DNA of 64,000 bases from assembly GCA_965235115.1 (NCBI GenBank), contig OZ249442.1, forward strand, positions 2,666,001 through 2,730,000, given 5' to 3'. The first letter of the stretch is position 1. Every line of letters begins with the position of its first letter. Both the position numbers and the translations under genes were made by a program. This DNA is from Laetmonice hystrix (taxonomy: Eukaryota). Positions 24,001 to 36,785 of the stretch are shown here, in pieces. The notes under the pieces are model-generated. The model was not told where the DNA came from, made no database searches, and saw only the letters and a list, made by a program, of their open reading frames with translations.

Positions 24001-25987
24001 CTCTATGTGTACCACTGCAGTCTCCGTGCTACATAACCTGGTATATATCAAAACTCTATGTGATCCACTGCAGTCTCCGTGCTACATAACCTGGTATATA
24101 TCAAAACTCTATGTGTACCACTGCAGTCTCCGTGCTACATAACCTGGTATATATCAAAACTCTATGTGTACCGCTGCAGTCTCCGTGCTACATAACCTGG
24201 TATATATCAAAACTCTATGTGTGCCACTGCAGTCTCCGTGCTACATAACCTGGTATATATCAAAACTCTATGTGTACCCCTGCAGTCTCCGTGCTACATA
24301 ACCTGGTATATATCAAAACTCTATGTGTACCACTGCAGTCTCCGTGCTACATAACCTGGTATATATCAAAACTCTATGTGTGCCACTGCAGTCTCCGTGC
24401 TACGTAACCTGGTATATATCAAAACTCTATGTGTCCCCTGTCTACCACTGCAGTCTCCGTGCTACGTAACCTGGTATATATCAAAACTCTATGTGTACCC
24501 TGTCTACCACTGCAGTCTCCGTGCTACATAACCTGGTATATATCAAAACTCTATGTGTACCCTGTCTACCACTGCAGTCTCCGTGCTACGTAACCTGGTA
24601 TATATCAAAACTCTATGTGTACCCTGTCTACCACTGCAGTCTCCGTGCTACATAACCTGGTATATATCAAAACTCTATGTGTACCACTGCAGTCTCCGTG
24701 CTACATAACCTGGTATATATCAAAACTCTATGTGTACCACTGCAGTCTCCGTGCTACATAACCTGGTATATATCAAAACTCTATGTGTACCACTGCAGTC
24801 TCCGTGCTACATAACCTGGTATATATCAAAACTCTATGTGTGCCACTGCAGTCTCCGTGCTACATAACCTGGTATATATCAAAACTCTATGTGTGCCACT
24901 GCAGTCTCCGTGCTACATAACCTGGTATATATCAAAACTCTATGTGTGCCCTGTCTACCACTGCAGTCTCCGTGCTACATAACCTGGTATATATCAAAAC
25001 TCTATGTGTACCCTGTCTACCACTGCAGTCTCCGTGCTACATAACCTGGTATATATCAAAACTCTATGTGTACCCTGTCTACCACTGCAGTCTCCGTGCT
25101 ACATAACCTGGTATATATCAAAACTCAATGTGTACCACTGCAGTCTCCGTGCTACATAACCTGGTATATATCAAAACTCTATGTGTACCACTGCAGTCTC
25201 CGTGCTACATAACCTGGTATATATCAAAACTCTATGTGTACCACTGCAGTCTCCGTGCTACATAACCTGGTATATATCAAAACTCTATGTGTGCCCTGTC
25301 TACCACTGCAGTCTCCGTGCTACATAACCTGGTATATATCAAAAGTCTATGTGTACCACTGCAGTCTCCGTGCTACATAACCTGGTATATATCAAAACTC
25401 TATGTGTACCACTGCAGTCTCCGTGCTACATAACCTGGTATATATCAAAACTCTATGTGTACCACTGCAGTCTCCGTGCTACATAACCTGGTATATATCA
25501 AAACTCTATGTGTACCACTGCAGTCTCCGTGCTACGTAACCTGGTATATATCAAAACTCTATGTGTACCACTGCAGTCTCCGTGCTACGTAACCTGGTAT
25601 ATATCAAAACTCTATGTGTACCACTGCAGTCTCCGTGCTACGTAACCTGGTATATATCAAAACTCTATGTGTGCCACTGCAGTCTCCGTGCTACATAACC
25701 TGGTATATATCAAAACTCTATGTGTACCACTGCAGTCTCCGTGCTACATAACCTGGTATATATCAAAACTCTATGTGTACCACTGCAGCCTTCGTGCTAC
25801 ATAACCTGGTATATATCAAAACTCTATGTGTACCACTGCAGTCTCCGTGCTACATAACCTGGTATATATCAAAACTCTATGTGTGCCACTGCAGTCTCCG
25901 TGCTACATAACCTGGTATATATCAAAACTCTATGTGTACCACTGCAGCCTCCGTGCTACATAACCTGGTATATATCAAAACTCTATA
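21055..25987. repeat. 4.9-kb satellite of 53-bp monomers with 62-bp variants
   Basis: Unit ccactgcagtctccgtgctacataacctggtatatatcaaaactctatgtgta; the variant inserts ccctgtcta. Confidence 0.97.
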
Positions 25988-27781
25988 ATATGTGTGACCA
26001 TGTGTGAAGTATTGTCGATGTTTCCAGAAATACCCCGATACATACAACATTCTGCTAACTTCTGCCCGGTTCGAACAGCAACGTCAGTTGACAGTACCTC
26101 TCGTGTTGCGATGGCAAGAATTCTCCCGCGTCATTGGTCCATTTTCATGTACTACTTACTACCTGGCTCACCGTCACCGACTTACCAAATTCATGCTCCT
26201 CTCTGGCAATGAACACATGGGATAACAGTGTACATATTAGGGTGATGTTATAAGTATAGACCCAGCGAATTGTGGAGACCCGGCAAGGGCCCAGTAGTAC
26301 GACAACTTTATGCGTGTGATCCACTTACGATCCGATGGTTCCGATCTCTTCCGATTCAGACTTTCAGCGCAAGAGCGCACTAAGCAGTCGGAAGATAATA
26401 TCTATCATGTTTAATTTTCGTTTACGCGTTTTCGTTTAAGGGCTGAGACGCCCATGCGATTTTGACATCACCCTTTTATTTTACTGTTATTTTGAGATTA
26501 AAGGATGGAACCCATTTCCTTAAACAGGAAAGGCAGGAATCCTGGAAAAATTTCAGCATGAAATTCCACCATTAAATCAAAAATCGCATGGCCATCGCAA
26601 GGGGAATCGGCTTAGTGGTAAGGCCCTCGGAAGCAGTCGGAAGCCATCGAGTACTTCAGGAAGTACACTCTGACATTAGTTAGATCATTTCATCCTTTCA
26701 TAGTAGAACCTGCAGCGAGCAGCCATAAGACAGTGTACACATGCTGACTGGCCTTGAGGGCAGCAGCATACGTCTGCCCCCCCCCCCCCCCCCCGAGGGA
26801 CATGTTGATCGCCCCAAAATCAATCTATTTCCTGAGGACATCGCCCGAGGGAAATAGATTGATTTTAGGGCGATCAACATGGCCCGAGGGGGGAACAGAC
26901 TTATGATGTTGCCCGAATAAGGCCGGTCCACATGTGTTTTAGAATACGCCATACCTTGATGCCACTGCTAGATCTGAATCTCTCTTTCATATAAATTCAA
27001 AAGCCTTGTAAGTGCGGAAAAGTTCACGTCCGCCATTTTCTCAGAAGGTCTGCAGTTAGAGTAGGCCTACTGCTCTCACACAACGATTTGTCGAACTTTT
27101 TCCCATGGCCAACAGTTCGACAACTGTTGCCCGGTGAGGCATGATACAGTATTAAAATTAATCAGACCATGTGACCCAGAACCGACTAATCAGAGCGCAG
27201 GAAACAAAACAGTTATAAACACCTAAAGCCCTAGGTCATCCGACTGGCTGTTTTTACCTGCAGCGAGTTTTTAGTTCGTCATTTTACCAATCTTAAGACT
27301 GGAATTTTAAGACTGACTTGTGTTATGGTCTCTCATTGGCTGACTTCATTTGAAGGACCAATCAGAAGCTCAGAAACAAAAGTTTAGTCTTAATATTGGA
27401 ATCTTAAGACTTGGGTTGCAAACTAAAAACCAGGGCCTGGGCTATAGGTATATATTTTACCAATCTTAAGACTGGAATTTTAAGACTGACTTGTGTTATG
27501 GTCTCTCATTGGCTGACTTCATTTCACCTCGTATGAAGAATCTAGATTTATTATTGACCAGGTATGATCTACTTAATTTATCCATTATTTTATGGTAATT
27601 ACTATTTTAACGCAGAGTACATGTAGTTATTATACTTGTATATGGAATATGACCAGCTCAATCAACTGTCATCTATTTCTAGGCAGTTTCTGATAGCTGT
27701 TGTACAGCTATAACTAGACACAAGCATGCACCTGACGACTGACGAGTGGAGTTTGCAGGATAGCGTGGATAGAGTCAGTAC

Positions 27782-27861
27782 CTGTTACTCCATCCACGCA
27801 ATCATACACTGACAGGACCTGGCCAAGGTCGCCAGGCACCGATACAGAATATGAATACCAG
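27782..27861 (-). CDS. Candidate exon: WYSYSVSVPGDLGQVLSVYDCVDGVT
   Basis: Bounded by ctccacacag|C and CAG|gtactg. Open, phase 2-1. Confidence 0.22.
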
Positions 27862-28994
27862 CTGTGTGGAGGTGTCCGACCAGACGGCAGGCCATTTAGC
27901 CTTTAATACAGAACGACCACTCTTTCTGGTCTCTAGCTTTATATTAGTTCCGAGTTTGGCAGCCCAAAGCGACCGTCGGTGTCAAACCAACATCCCAGAG
28001 CTGTCTGTGCACTTGAATTATTCATTCGCCGACTTCAATATGCACTTTTTTTCAATCTATCTGTTCTGCTTCGATACCAAACAAAACAACATTTATGAAT
28101 TTAATTGGAAACGGAGTCGCTATTGTCCCACAGGGCTGATCTTCAAGCACTGTTTGATGAACAGAAGGGACACTCTATATTGGTAGTGCCTCAGCTGTAG
28201 TAGCTCAACTATTCCAAAGTCATTGATCTGAAATCCATTGATCTCGGATAGATTTTTACCTCAGTGGGCTCTGTCTGAGATCCGAGGGCAAACAGTGCAA
28301 TCAGTGAGTCGACCATCTACATACACACACAACAAATGCCAATAACTTATTGCACATTTCCGTCAATCACTATCCTATTGATATACTCTTGGGCTTCAAT
28401 CTATATCATGTTTTTCTTCTTTTTTTTCTCGGTAGATGGAAGGAATTACATTCCCATCATTAGTTAACTCATTAGAATGTTACGAAGCCAAATTAGTCTT
28501 GCACTCAGTGGAATCGTCCATTTATGTAGTCTCTAATTTGGTGCGCAGTGCTCACTACTACAACATAGGAAATATCACAACTATTTTGACATACTGCACA
28601 GCATATTCCCAGGGGTCAAAGGCAAACATATAAAAGCGAACATAATATCGAAATAGTGATAATAAGTTTATATAACGCTACAAACTCCCTTACCAATGGG
28701 TATAGAATCTAACTTAACTGTTAGATTTTCGGTATTGTGTAGAAATTGAATGAAGGGGAAAAACATGCCCTTAGCTATTAAAGACTGAACATCCTGTTTC
28801 AAAGCTTCCTATTCCCGTGGTATTCCCAGACTTTATTGGTGAGCTCGGTACTCAGAGTGGTCTGAGCCCAACCGACGACCTGATCACACAGCAATGGGTG
28901 GCATGTGGTATGGCTCCGGTAGAACTGACGGACCTCGGCCATTTCCACTCTATCACTGCCTCTGTACATATTACTATCACACTATATTACATCG

Positions 28995-29235
28995 CGTCAC
29001 ATCTACTGACGTCATATCACAGCTTTTGACGTCACGTCACGGCTTCTGACGTCACATCACAGCTTCTGATGTCACATTACAACTCCTGACGTCACATCAC
29101 AAATGCTAACGTCACATCACAACTACCGACGTCACATCACAGCTTCTGACGTCACATCACAACTCCTGAATCATCACAAATGCTAACGTCACATCAAACT
29201 TCTGACGTAACATAGCAAACTCATGACGTAGCATA
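28995..29235. repeat. 20-bp degenerate repeat containing TGACGTCA
   Basis: Consensus tgacgtcacatcacagcttc. Perfect TGACGTCA at 29007, 29027, 29047, 29087 and 29147. Confidence 0.85.
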
Positions 29236-29262
29236 ACATTCGTAACGCCGTCCCACAATCCC

Positions 29263-30417
29263 GACTGAGGGTGAAACGTCATCTAGAGGAACTAGATGTT
29301 GATCTGAACGTCCTGGGGCAGACACATTTCTGCTACATTCCTCCTTGGGACCTGGAAAAGCCTGACGTCATTCTTCAGCTGGCTCAACTGAAGAAGTCAG
29401 AGACTCATCCGCTGACATATTTTGAACATTTTCTTGACGTCCAGGCAAGGTATCCGTCACATTATGCCTTCTATACTGATGGCTCAAAGGATGGCAATGA
29501 TGTGTCTGCAGCAGCAGTTCATGGCAAGCACAACTTCGGCACCCGCATCTAGAGGCAAAGCTCCATTTTCTCAGCAGAAGCCCGGGCCCTGCTTCTTGCC
29601 CTTCAAAATATTGAAGTTTCTAGTGAAAAGGACTTCCTCATTTTCTCAGATTCCTTATCCTGTCTGCAAGCACTTGCTAACTTGAACACAGATCACCCAG
29701 TGATCGTTCAAGTCTTGTCCAAGTTGACAGTGCTTGCCAATGCAAACTTTGATATTCAATTTTGCTGGGTGCCTGGTCATGTTGGCATCCTGGGCAATGA
29801 GCAAGCTGACAAAACTGCCAAGAGGGCTCTTGAAACAGATGTCGAACTGTGTCCAATCCCTGCCTCTGATCTCAGACCTGCCATCTGGGCTTACGTTAGG
29901 AACAAATGGCAGGCTGAATGGGATGAACAACCAAACAATAAATTGTATCAGATAAGTCCCGTCGTCAACCAAAGGTACCGTCACGGCCTAACCCAACGTA
30001 GGCATGAAATTGTTTTTACTCGATGCAGAGTTGGTCATTCTAGATTAACTCATGTGTTTTTATTGAAGGGGGAGCCACCTCCAGAATGTCATGGCTGTCA
30101 ATGTCCTTTGACACTGAAACATCTTTTACTTGAGTGTGGTGATTTTAGTCCGATCAGACAACGGTTTTATAGTGAGACAAGTCTTAAGGATCTTTTTAAC
30201 AATGTCAGACCAGGAGTGATTTTAGAGTTTTTGTCAGAAGCTGGACTTCTGACTCTTTTATAGTTCAGGCTCATCGATAGAATCTGTTTCAATGATATTC
30301 CCGTTGGGGCCCGGGATAAAATAGGTTCCTTTCATTTCATGCTCTTTTAACCCTGTTTTCGCCGTGAAGATGGCCCCAGATGCCGACACGGCGGAAAACC
30401 ACCACTACTCACTCACT
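29263..30417 (+). mobile_element. 5'-truncated non-LTR retrotransposon (I superfamily, Nimb/I-like): RNase H domain, CCHC finger and 3' tail
   Basis: One reading frame runs 29271-30263 with a single in-frame TAG at 29550. RNase H motifs YTDGS, SAEA, FSDS, WVPGHVGILGNEQAD; then RCRVGH and CHGCQCPLTLKHLLLEC. The 3' end has a stem-loop (cgccgtg...cacggcg) and an (actc)n tail. Confidence 0.92.
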
Positions 30418-31090
30418 CCCACCCAATCCCCAATTTCGATTCATCACAAGAGGTAACGATATGACTTTCAATCATTTTCTTCTCTGAGTAACATCTGTAG
30501 CCATGTAGAAATGTTCCTTTTTACCCACATACATTCAGATGTTTGGGCCTATAACAACAACAACAACAACAACAACAACAAAACTACATTTGAGAGATGA
30601 CTACATCACTTTAGTAGCAGGAAGATGCACACCCAGCAGCCGGATGTTCTCTGTCCTGCCCCCCGCTGTGACAGCGTCAACGAGGCGATCAGAGACTTAC
30701 AGCCAGACACGGCCTAGGGCCAAGAGGGAGTCAGTAAGCTGTCACTCTGGCCTCCTGCAGGTCCCACTGCGCCCTTACAGCCGCCGCTGTCCTCCTCATT
30801 ACAAACACTCTCCGGCGACATGGGACATCTGGAAGGCTGTAACAACCAGGCCATGCTCGCTGGGAAGGCGGACGGTCGTGAAACAAGGCTCCTGTTCGGT
30901 ATCAGATTGCGATGTTACAGATCACCTGGACCCTGAACGGGTGGGTGGGTAGGTGAGTGGGTGTGCAGGGTGGCGGGTGAACAGGTGGGCGGGAGACTGC
31001 AGGGAGCGTGTGGCGGGGCTGATGGCTGACTACCTTTAACATAACAGACATACTACTCAAGTCTCTATTCTCTACACTTCAAGGCCTTGC

Positions 31091-32050
31091 GTCTCTCCCA
31101 CACACATTGTGTCTTGCCTACCAGACAATGACAGCTGATTGGTGTAAGAACCCTTCAAACGTCTCCCACACACATTGTGTCTTGCCTACCAGACAATGAC
31201 AGCTGATTGGTGTAAGAACCCTTCAAACGTCTCTCACACACATTGTGTCTTGCCTACCAGACAATGACAGCTGATCGGTGTAAGAACCCTTCAAACGTCT
31301 CTCACACACACTGTGTCTTGCCTACCAGACAATGACAGCTGATTGGTGTAAGAACCCTTCAAACGTCTCTCACACACATTGTGTCTTGCCTACCAGACAA
31401 TGACAGCTGATTGGTGTAAGAACCCTTCAAACGTCTCTCACACACACACTGTGTCTTGCCTACCAGACAATGACAGCTGATTGCTGCAAGAACCCTTCAA
31501 ACGTCTCTCACACACTGTGTCTTGCCTACCAGACATTGTCAGCTGATTGGTGTAAGAACCCTTCAAACGTCTCTCACATACATTGTGTCTTGCCTACCAG
31601 ACAATGACAGCTGATTGGTGTAAGAACCATTCAAACGTCTCCCACACACATTGTGTCTTGCCTACCTGACAATGACAGCTGATTGGTGTAAGAACCCTTC
31701 AAACGTCTCTCACACACATTGTGTCTTGCCTACCAGACAATGACAGCTGATTGGTGTAAGAACCCTTCAAACGTCTCTCACATACATTGTGTCTTGCCTA
31801 CCAGACAATGACAGCTGATTGGTGTAAGAACCCTTCAAACGTCTCTCACACACATTGTGTCTTGCCTACCAGACAATGACAGCTGATTGGTGTAAGAACC
31901 CTTCAAACGTCTCACACACACTGTGTCTTGCCTACCAGACAATGTCAGCTGATTGGTGTAAGAACCCTATAAACGTCTCACACACACTGTCTTGCCTACC
32001 AGACAATGACAGCTGATTGGTGTAAGAACCTTTCAAGCGTCTCTCACGCA
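31091..32050. repeat. About 69-bp minisatellite x14
   Basis: Core attgtgtcttgcctaccagacaatgacagctgattggtgtaagaacccttcaaacgtc plus a variable (ca)n. Confidence 0.95.
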
Positions 32051-32064
32051 CATATAACAATCTC

Positions 32065-32200
32065 CCCCCTAGCCTGACTTTCCTAACCCTGCCCCCCTAG
32101 CCTGACTTTCCTAACCCTGCCCCTCTCCCCTCTAGCCTGACTTTCCTAACCCTGCCCCCCTAGCCTGACTTTCCTAACCCTGCCCCTCTCCCCCTGGCCT
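32065..32200. repeat. Short array containing CCTAACCCTGC
   Basis: ccctagcctgactttcctaaccctgccc, about 4-5 copies. Confidence 0.8.
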
Positions 32201-32379
32201 GAATTTCGTAGGTATGGCACTATGGGCAAATACCCGGTGTTGGGGTTACTGGGACAGTTTATCCGTACACTTGCAGGGCACCATCCTTCTCACCACCCTC
32301 CTCCCCTTACCTATAGGATAAACCCAGACAGGGTCCAGGGACGCTGGCCCAGATAAACACCCCCAAACCCTCCACAGTC

Positions 32380-32529
32380 AACTTAGGCTCCGTTCACAGA
32401 AAACCAAACTTAGGCTCCGTTCACAGAAAACCAAACTTAGGCTCCGTTCACAGAAAACCAAACTTAGGCTCCGTTCACAGAAAACCAAACTTAGGCTCCG
32501 TTCACAGAAAACCAAACTTAGGCTCCGTT
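32380..32529. repeat. 28-bp repeat, about 5 copies
   Basis: Unit aacttaggctccgttcacagaaaaccaa. Confidence 0.92.
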
Positions 32530-33364
32530 TTTCATAATATGAAAAAATAAACGACAGCGCCTCTTTAGAGGGACTCTATCAGGACCAGTATATTCTTATA
32601 AATGTGTGGTTATGTATTAAGGTAATAACGAAGAATAACTGTTGGGGTGTTTTTTGGTACACGCGTGGGGGACAGCCTCTGTGGACCTTGCATGCAAACA
32701 TGGCTCCTATCGCTTCACTACAAGTTTTGTTGTTACAACCCAGAGGTTCAGTGGGGGCAGGCAGGCCACCCCCCCCCCCCCCCCCACCACCACCACCACC
32801 ACCACCTCGACCCATGGGAGACGCTCCGCCGACCGCCTTTTCCGGAACCGCAGCCTGTTCCTGGTCCCGAGTTTTCATCCCGCTATGAATTCCTTCGCCA
32901 TTATTTAATCACCTGGGTTCATCCATAATGCACACCCTTACGGCCTCGCTGTCTGGTAGTTATGGTGAATAATGAATGCTTACCGAGGTTACGTCAGGCC
33001 ATGAGAGCTCGCTCCCATCTCGCTGGAGAGACTCAAGGAGAGCATCGTCCACCTTCTACACGCTAGCCCAAACCTTGACAATACACCAAGCCCTCAGTAC
33101 ACTTTCAATGGTAGAGTAACACGCAAGGAGGTGCAACGAATGATGTTACAGGCGAAGGGAGTTCAGGACCTTCTAAACGGCAGAGATTTCATCATAATTG
33201 AGTGGAATCTTCAGACCAGGAACCACCCTGAAACTGTCCACCAATTGTATAAACCCCGACTATATAAATGAAGTGTTAGATCTAACATCATTAGACTTAC
33301 GCTGGATGAGATTTGTAAAGCAATCACAGTCGCCCAATTCTTGTATTACTTTTTGTCCCCGTTA

Positions 33365-34029
33365 TGCCCCTATTCCACACAGACCACGAATTTCACGAAT
33401 CCCTACGAATTGATGAATTCTCGGATTCGTAGTTTAATCTTAATCAGTTCGTGAAGTTCTCAACTGATTCTTATTTATTCGTAGTGAGTTCTTTCAATTC
33501 TTGAGTGATCGGGAATTCGTGGCAAAAGTTTTGAGCTGTTCAAAATTTTGGCCACGAACTCTTGATTCCAAAAAATCGTAGTTAATTCGTAACAAATTCG
33601 TAGTGCATTCTTAGGCATCGTAACTGAGTCGTAATAGATTCGTAGGCACTCGTAGGTATTCGTAGGTATTCTTAACTCATTCGGGAATTCGGGAATTCGT
33701 GACTTGACCACGAATCGGCTACGAATCTGTCACGAATCCCACGAATACACACCGAAGCATATTCTTAACTGATTCGTAACTGATTCCTAACGTTCTTGCA
33801 GTATTCGTAATGGATTCTTGTAAATCGTTATGAATTCTTGACAATATTTCAGCAGTTCGAGCAGAATCCCACGAATATTCGTAATTATATCGTAGCTTTA
33901 TCGTAACAGAATCGTACATCATCACGAATTGGACAAGAAATTTGCAAAATATCACGAATCCTCACGAATCCTAAAATGTATCAAATCCTGGCAATTCGTG
34001 GGATTCGTGGTCTGTGTGGAATAGTGGCA
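33365..34029. mobile_element. PIF/Harbinger-like MITE (about 665 bp) with many ACGAAT/ATTCGT internal motifs
   Basis: About 35-bp TIR (TGCCCCTATTCCACACAGACCACGAAT... / ...ATTCGTGGTCTGTGTGGAATAGTGGCA). Flanks are tta and ata. The superfamily assignment is inferred. Confidence 0.75.
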
Positions 34030-34194
34030 ATAGGTAAGACAGCCACGATCAGCGTGACAGAGCTCATCCCGATTTATTCCTACCAACGTGTTCTCGGCAC
34101 AGCCACCGACAGGTCAGCTCAGCCTCGGGCGACTCTCACCTTCTCTATACGACCGCTTCTTACCAAAGGCAAGACTGCCACGTTCTGAGAGAGA

Positions 34195-34545
34195 NNNNNN
34201 NNNNNNNNNNNNNNNNNNNNNNNNNNNNNNNNNNNNNNNNNNNNNNNNNNNNNNNNNNNNNNNNNNNNNNNNNNNNNNNNNNNNNNNNNNNNNNNNNNNN
34301 NNNNNNNNNNNNNNNNNNNNNNNNNNNNNNNNNNNNNNNNNNNNNNNNNNNNNNNNNNNNNNGTGTCAGCGAGNNNNNNNNNNNNNNNNNNNNNNNNNNN
34401 NNNNNNNNNNNNNNNNNNNNNNNNNNNNNNNNNNNNNNNNNNNNNNNNNNNNNNNNNNNNNNNNNNNNNNNNNNNNNNNNNNNNNNNNNNNNNNNNNNNN
34501 NNNNNNNNNNNNNNNNNNNNNNNNNNNNNNNNNNNNNNNNNNNNN
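34195..34545. other. Two N runs (34195-34362 and 34374-34545), gap or hard-masked low complexity
   Basis: N runs preceded by gagaga. Confidence 0.9.
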
Positions 34546-34719
34546 ATTAAGACTATCATTATTTTGAGCCTTATTTTGCAGTCGGGGGGGGGGGCGTAGT
34601 CTTACATAAGCGCAGAACGTTATAACGACCTGGAAATATGACCGCGCCCTCCTGATGAGAAAGGTTCGCTCAATATGATAATAAACGATCCACGTTTTAG
34701 CCGTATACCGGTGAGTCCT

Positions 34720-34846
34720 AGGGGTGTTTCAATAAGCGCGTCCGACCGTCCGACCGGCGACCGACCAAAAATTGCAGGCCCTACAACCAAGCGACGGACT
34801 GTCCGTCGGCAGTCGGACGGTCCGACGCGCTTATTGAAACACCCCT
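34720..34846. mobile_element. 127-bp foldback MITE
   Basis: 35-bp TIR AGGGGTGTTTCAATAAGCGCGTC(C/G)GACCGTCCGAC with one mismatch. No clear TSD. Confidence 0.75.
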
Positions 34847-36193
34847 CAGCGTATGTTTGGCGGATCAATTAAAAATCTTCATATTACCGATCAATTAAAT
34901 CCTGTATTCCCAAATAAACGACGCCTTTTTTCTAAATCAAATACCAGCAAAACCTTTATGGAATTGTTAAATGACACGAATCCATGCAACCAAAAGGTCA
35001 TAACATTACCTTTCGTCTAAAGTGCATCAAGGTCCTCCAAAATAGAGTTACACTTTGACAACAATATATAAAAGCTATCCGCCTGTCACACGACGCAGAT
35101 ATTCCTCACAGCGCACACGATTGGTCAGTCTCGTCTGAATCCGGAAGACTTGGACAAACTCAAGGACACTGAATGTCAACTTGCCTTCAGTAATATTGGT
35201 ATTTTGTCAGTTACTTTAGGGTCTATTTTCAGATCCCATCTTGAAATTGCATTCATTAGCAACTTGTCATTAGTTTTATCTGCATTTACAGGGCCAAATC
35301 TTCCGTATTTATAATTCACTCTCTACTCTCCGTAAAAAAGTTTCTACTAAGCATGTTAGATTTAGGCAGGTTCTCAAGTTCAATTAACAGGATAGATAAT
35401 TCACCTATGAGTTTTTCTGGAAGAAACATGTTTTTATGTTAACTAGTGGACAATGAACGAGTAATCGCGAGAAAGGCCAATATGTTATGTCTTCTCAATA
35501 AGCGCCGCCGGCCTGCGGTTTTGCCTGCCTACTTCCCAAATGCTGCCGGCAACTTTTTCAAAATTAAAAATCAATTTTAGTCCAATATGTCTTCTGACAT
35601 AAATCTGAGTGGAACTGATCTATTTACCCAACAAATTGATGCCAATTTTACTCTCAGAATGCACCAGAGTTCACCTACGGACACCAAAAAAATCAAAACT
35701 TCTCGGGGGGATGCCCCTAGACCCCCAGCAAGAGCGGGATTCCTCCTCCCGCACCCCACTCAACCCACAAAGGTCGGCGCGCCAGCGACCTGTGGCTGCT
35801 GCACCAGGGCCACCTCCTTCTACCTACCACCTCCTACTTTGTCAGCTCCCCCTTCTACTTTGTTTCTTATTTAAAACCCTGTATGTCAAAAGCTGATGTT
35901 TGGCTAATCTTCTCGATCTACGTTGAATGTCAGTTAGACTGCTTGTTGGTTTCTTTCTCACGACAACCTACTCTCCTTCCTCGCGATTTGATTCACTAAA
36001 CGTCTTGGCATCACGCTCGCCGTTAACATTCTTCCATACAGAATGTCAATGATGCCTCATAATTGCAAATTGCAGATCCAAGGATTTAAAAACGAGCTCC
36101 TTAAATCCAGTCAGAGAGGTGGCGGGGAGGGGGGTGTCACATTCTCACTGTGTCTGCACATCACTGGTGACACTTAGAGCCAGATAATCCGAA

Positions 36194-36620
36194 TCGAGCT
36201 CTGACTTCCGGTTTCGTCACGGTGGGCTCGGCTAACGTTAAGAACTGGTCGGAGTGATATCGAGCTCTGACTTCCGGTTTCGTCACGGTGGGCCCGGCTA
36301 ACGTTAACAACTGGTCGGGGTGATATCGAGCTCTGACTTCCGGTTTCGTCACGGTGGCCCGGCTAACGTTAAGAACTGGTTGGACTGATATCGAGCTCTG
36401 ACTTCCGGTTTCGTCACGGTGGGCTCGGCTAACGTTAAGAACTGGTCGGAGTGATGTCGAGCTCTGACTTCCGGTTTCGTCAAGGTGGACCCGGCTAACG
36501 TTTAGCCTGGTCCCCTGCCTACCAGACGCAGCCGCTATATAGGTAGTCAATATAGACCTGGGGACCAGGCTAGGCTAACGTTAAGAACTGGTTGGAGTGA
36601 TATCGAGCACACTCTAAGCT
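36194..36620. repeat. About 66-bp tandem repeat, 5-6 copies; the last copy is interrupted by a 70-bp transposon
   Basis: Unit gagctctgacttccggtttcgtcacggtgggctcggctaacgttaagaactggtcggagtgatatc. Confidence 0.9.
36503..36572. mobile_element. 70-bp TAG..CTA mini DNA transposon with a 10-bp TSD (AcademH-like by termini and TSD length)
   Basis: 13-bp perfect TIR TAGCCTGGTCCCC / GGGGACCAGGCTA. TSD ggctaacgtt at 36493-36502 and 36573-36582. Confidence 0.8.
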
Positions 36621-36785
36621 CGACGCTAGTTGTTATCAAGATGAAAGTTTTTCAACTCTCCTTACTTTGATGAATGGCTTTGGTTGACAAGAGAATCTTT
36701 ATAATTGTTTTCTTACCATGCATCGTTCACTTCACACAAGGATCAATGTCTTTCCTCAATACTCTCCGTGTGCAAACAGTCAGGC

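Noticed and set aside
21055-25987. Arrays as CRISPR loci
   Set aside because: No array has unique spacers between constant repeats, there are no cas genes, and the context is eukaryotic with introns.
7340-34545. N runs as biological features
   Set aside because: These are assembly gaps or masked microsatellites and carry no information.
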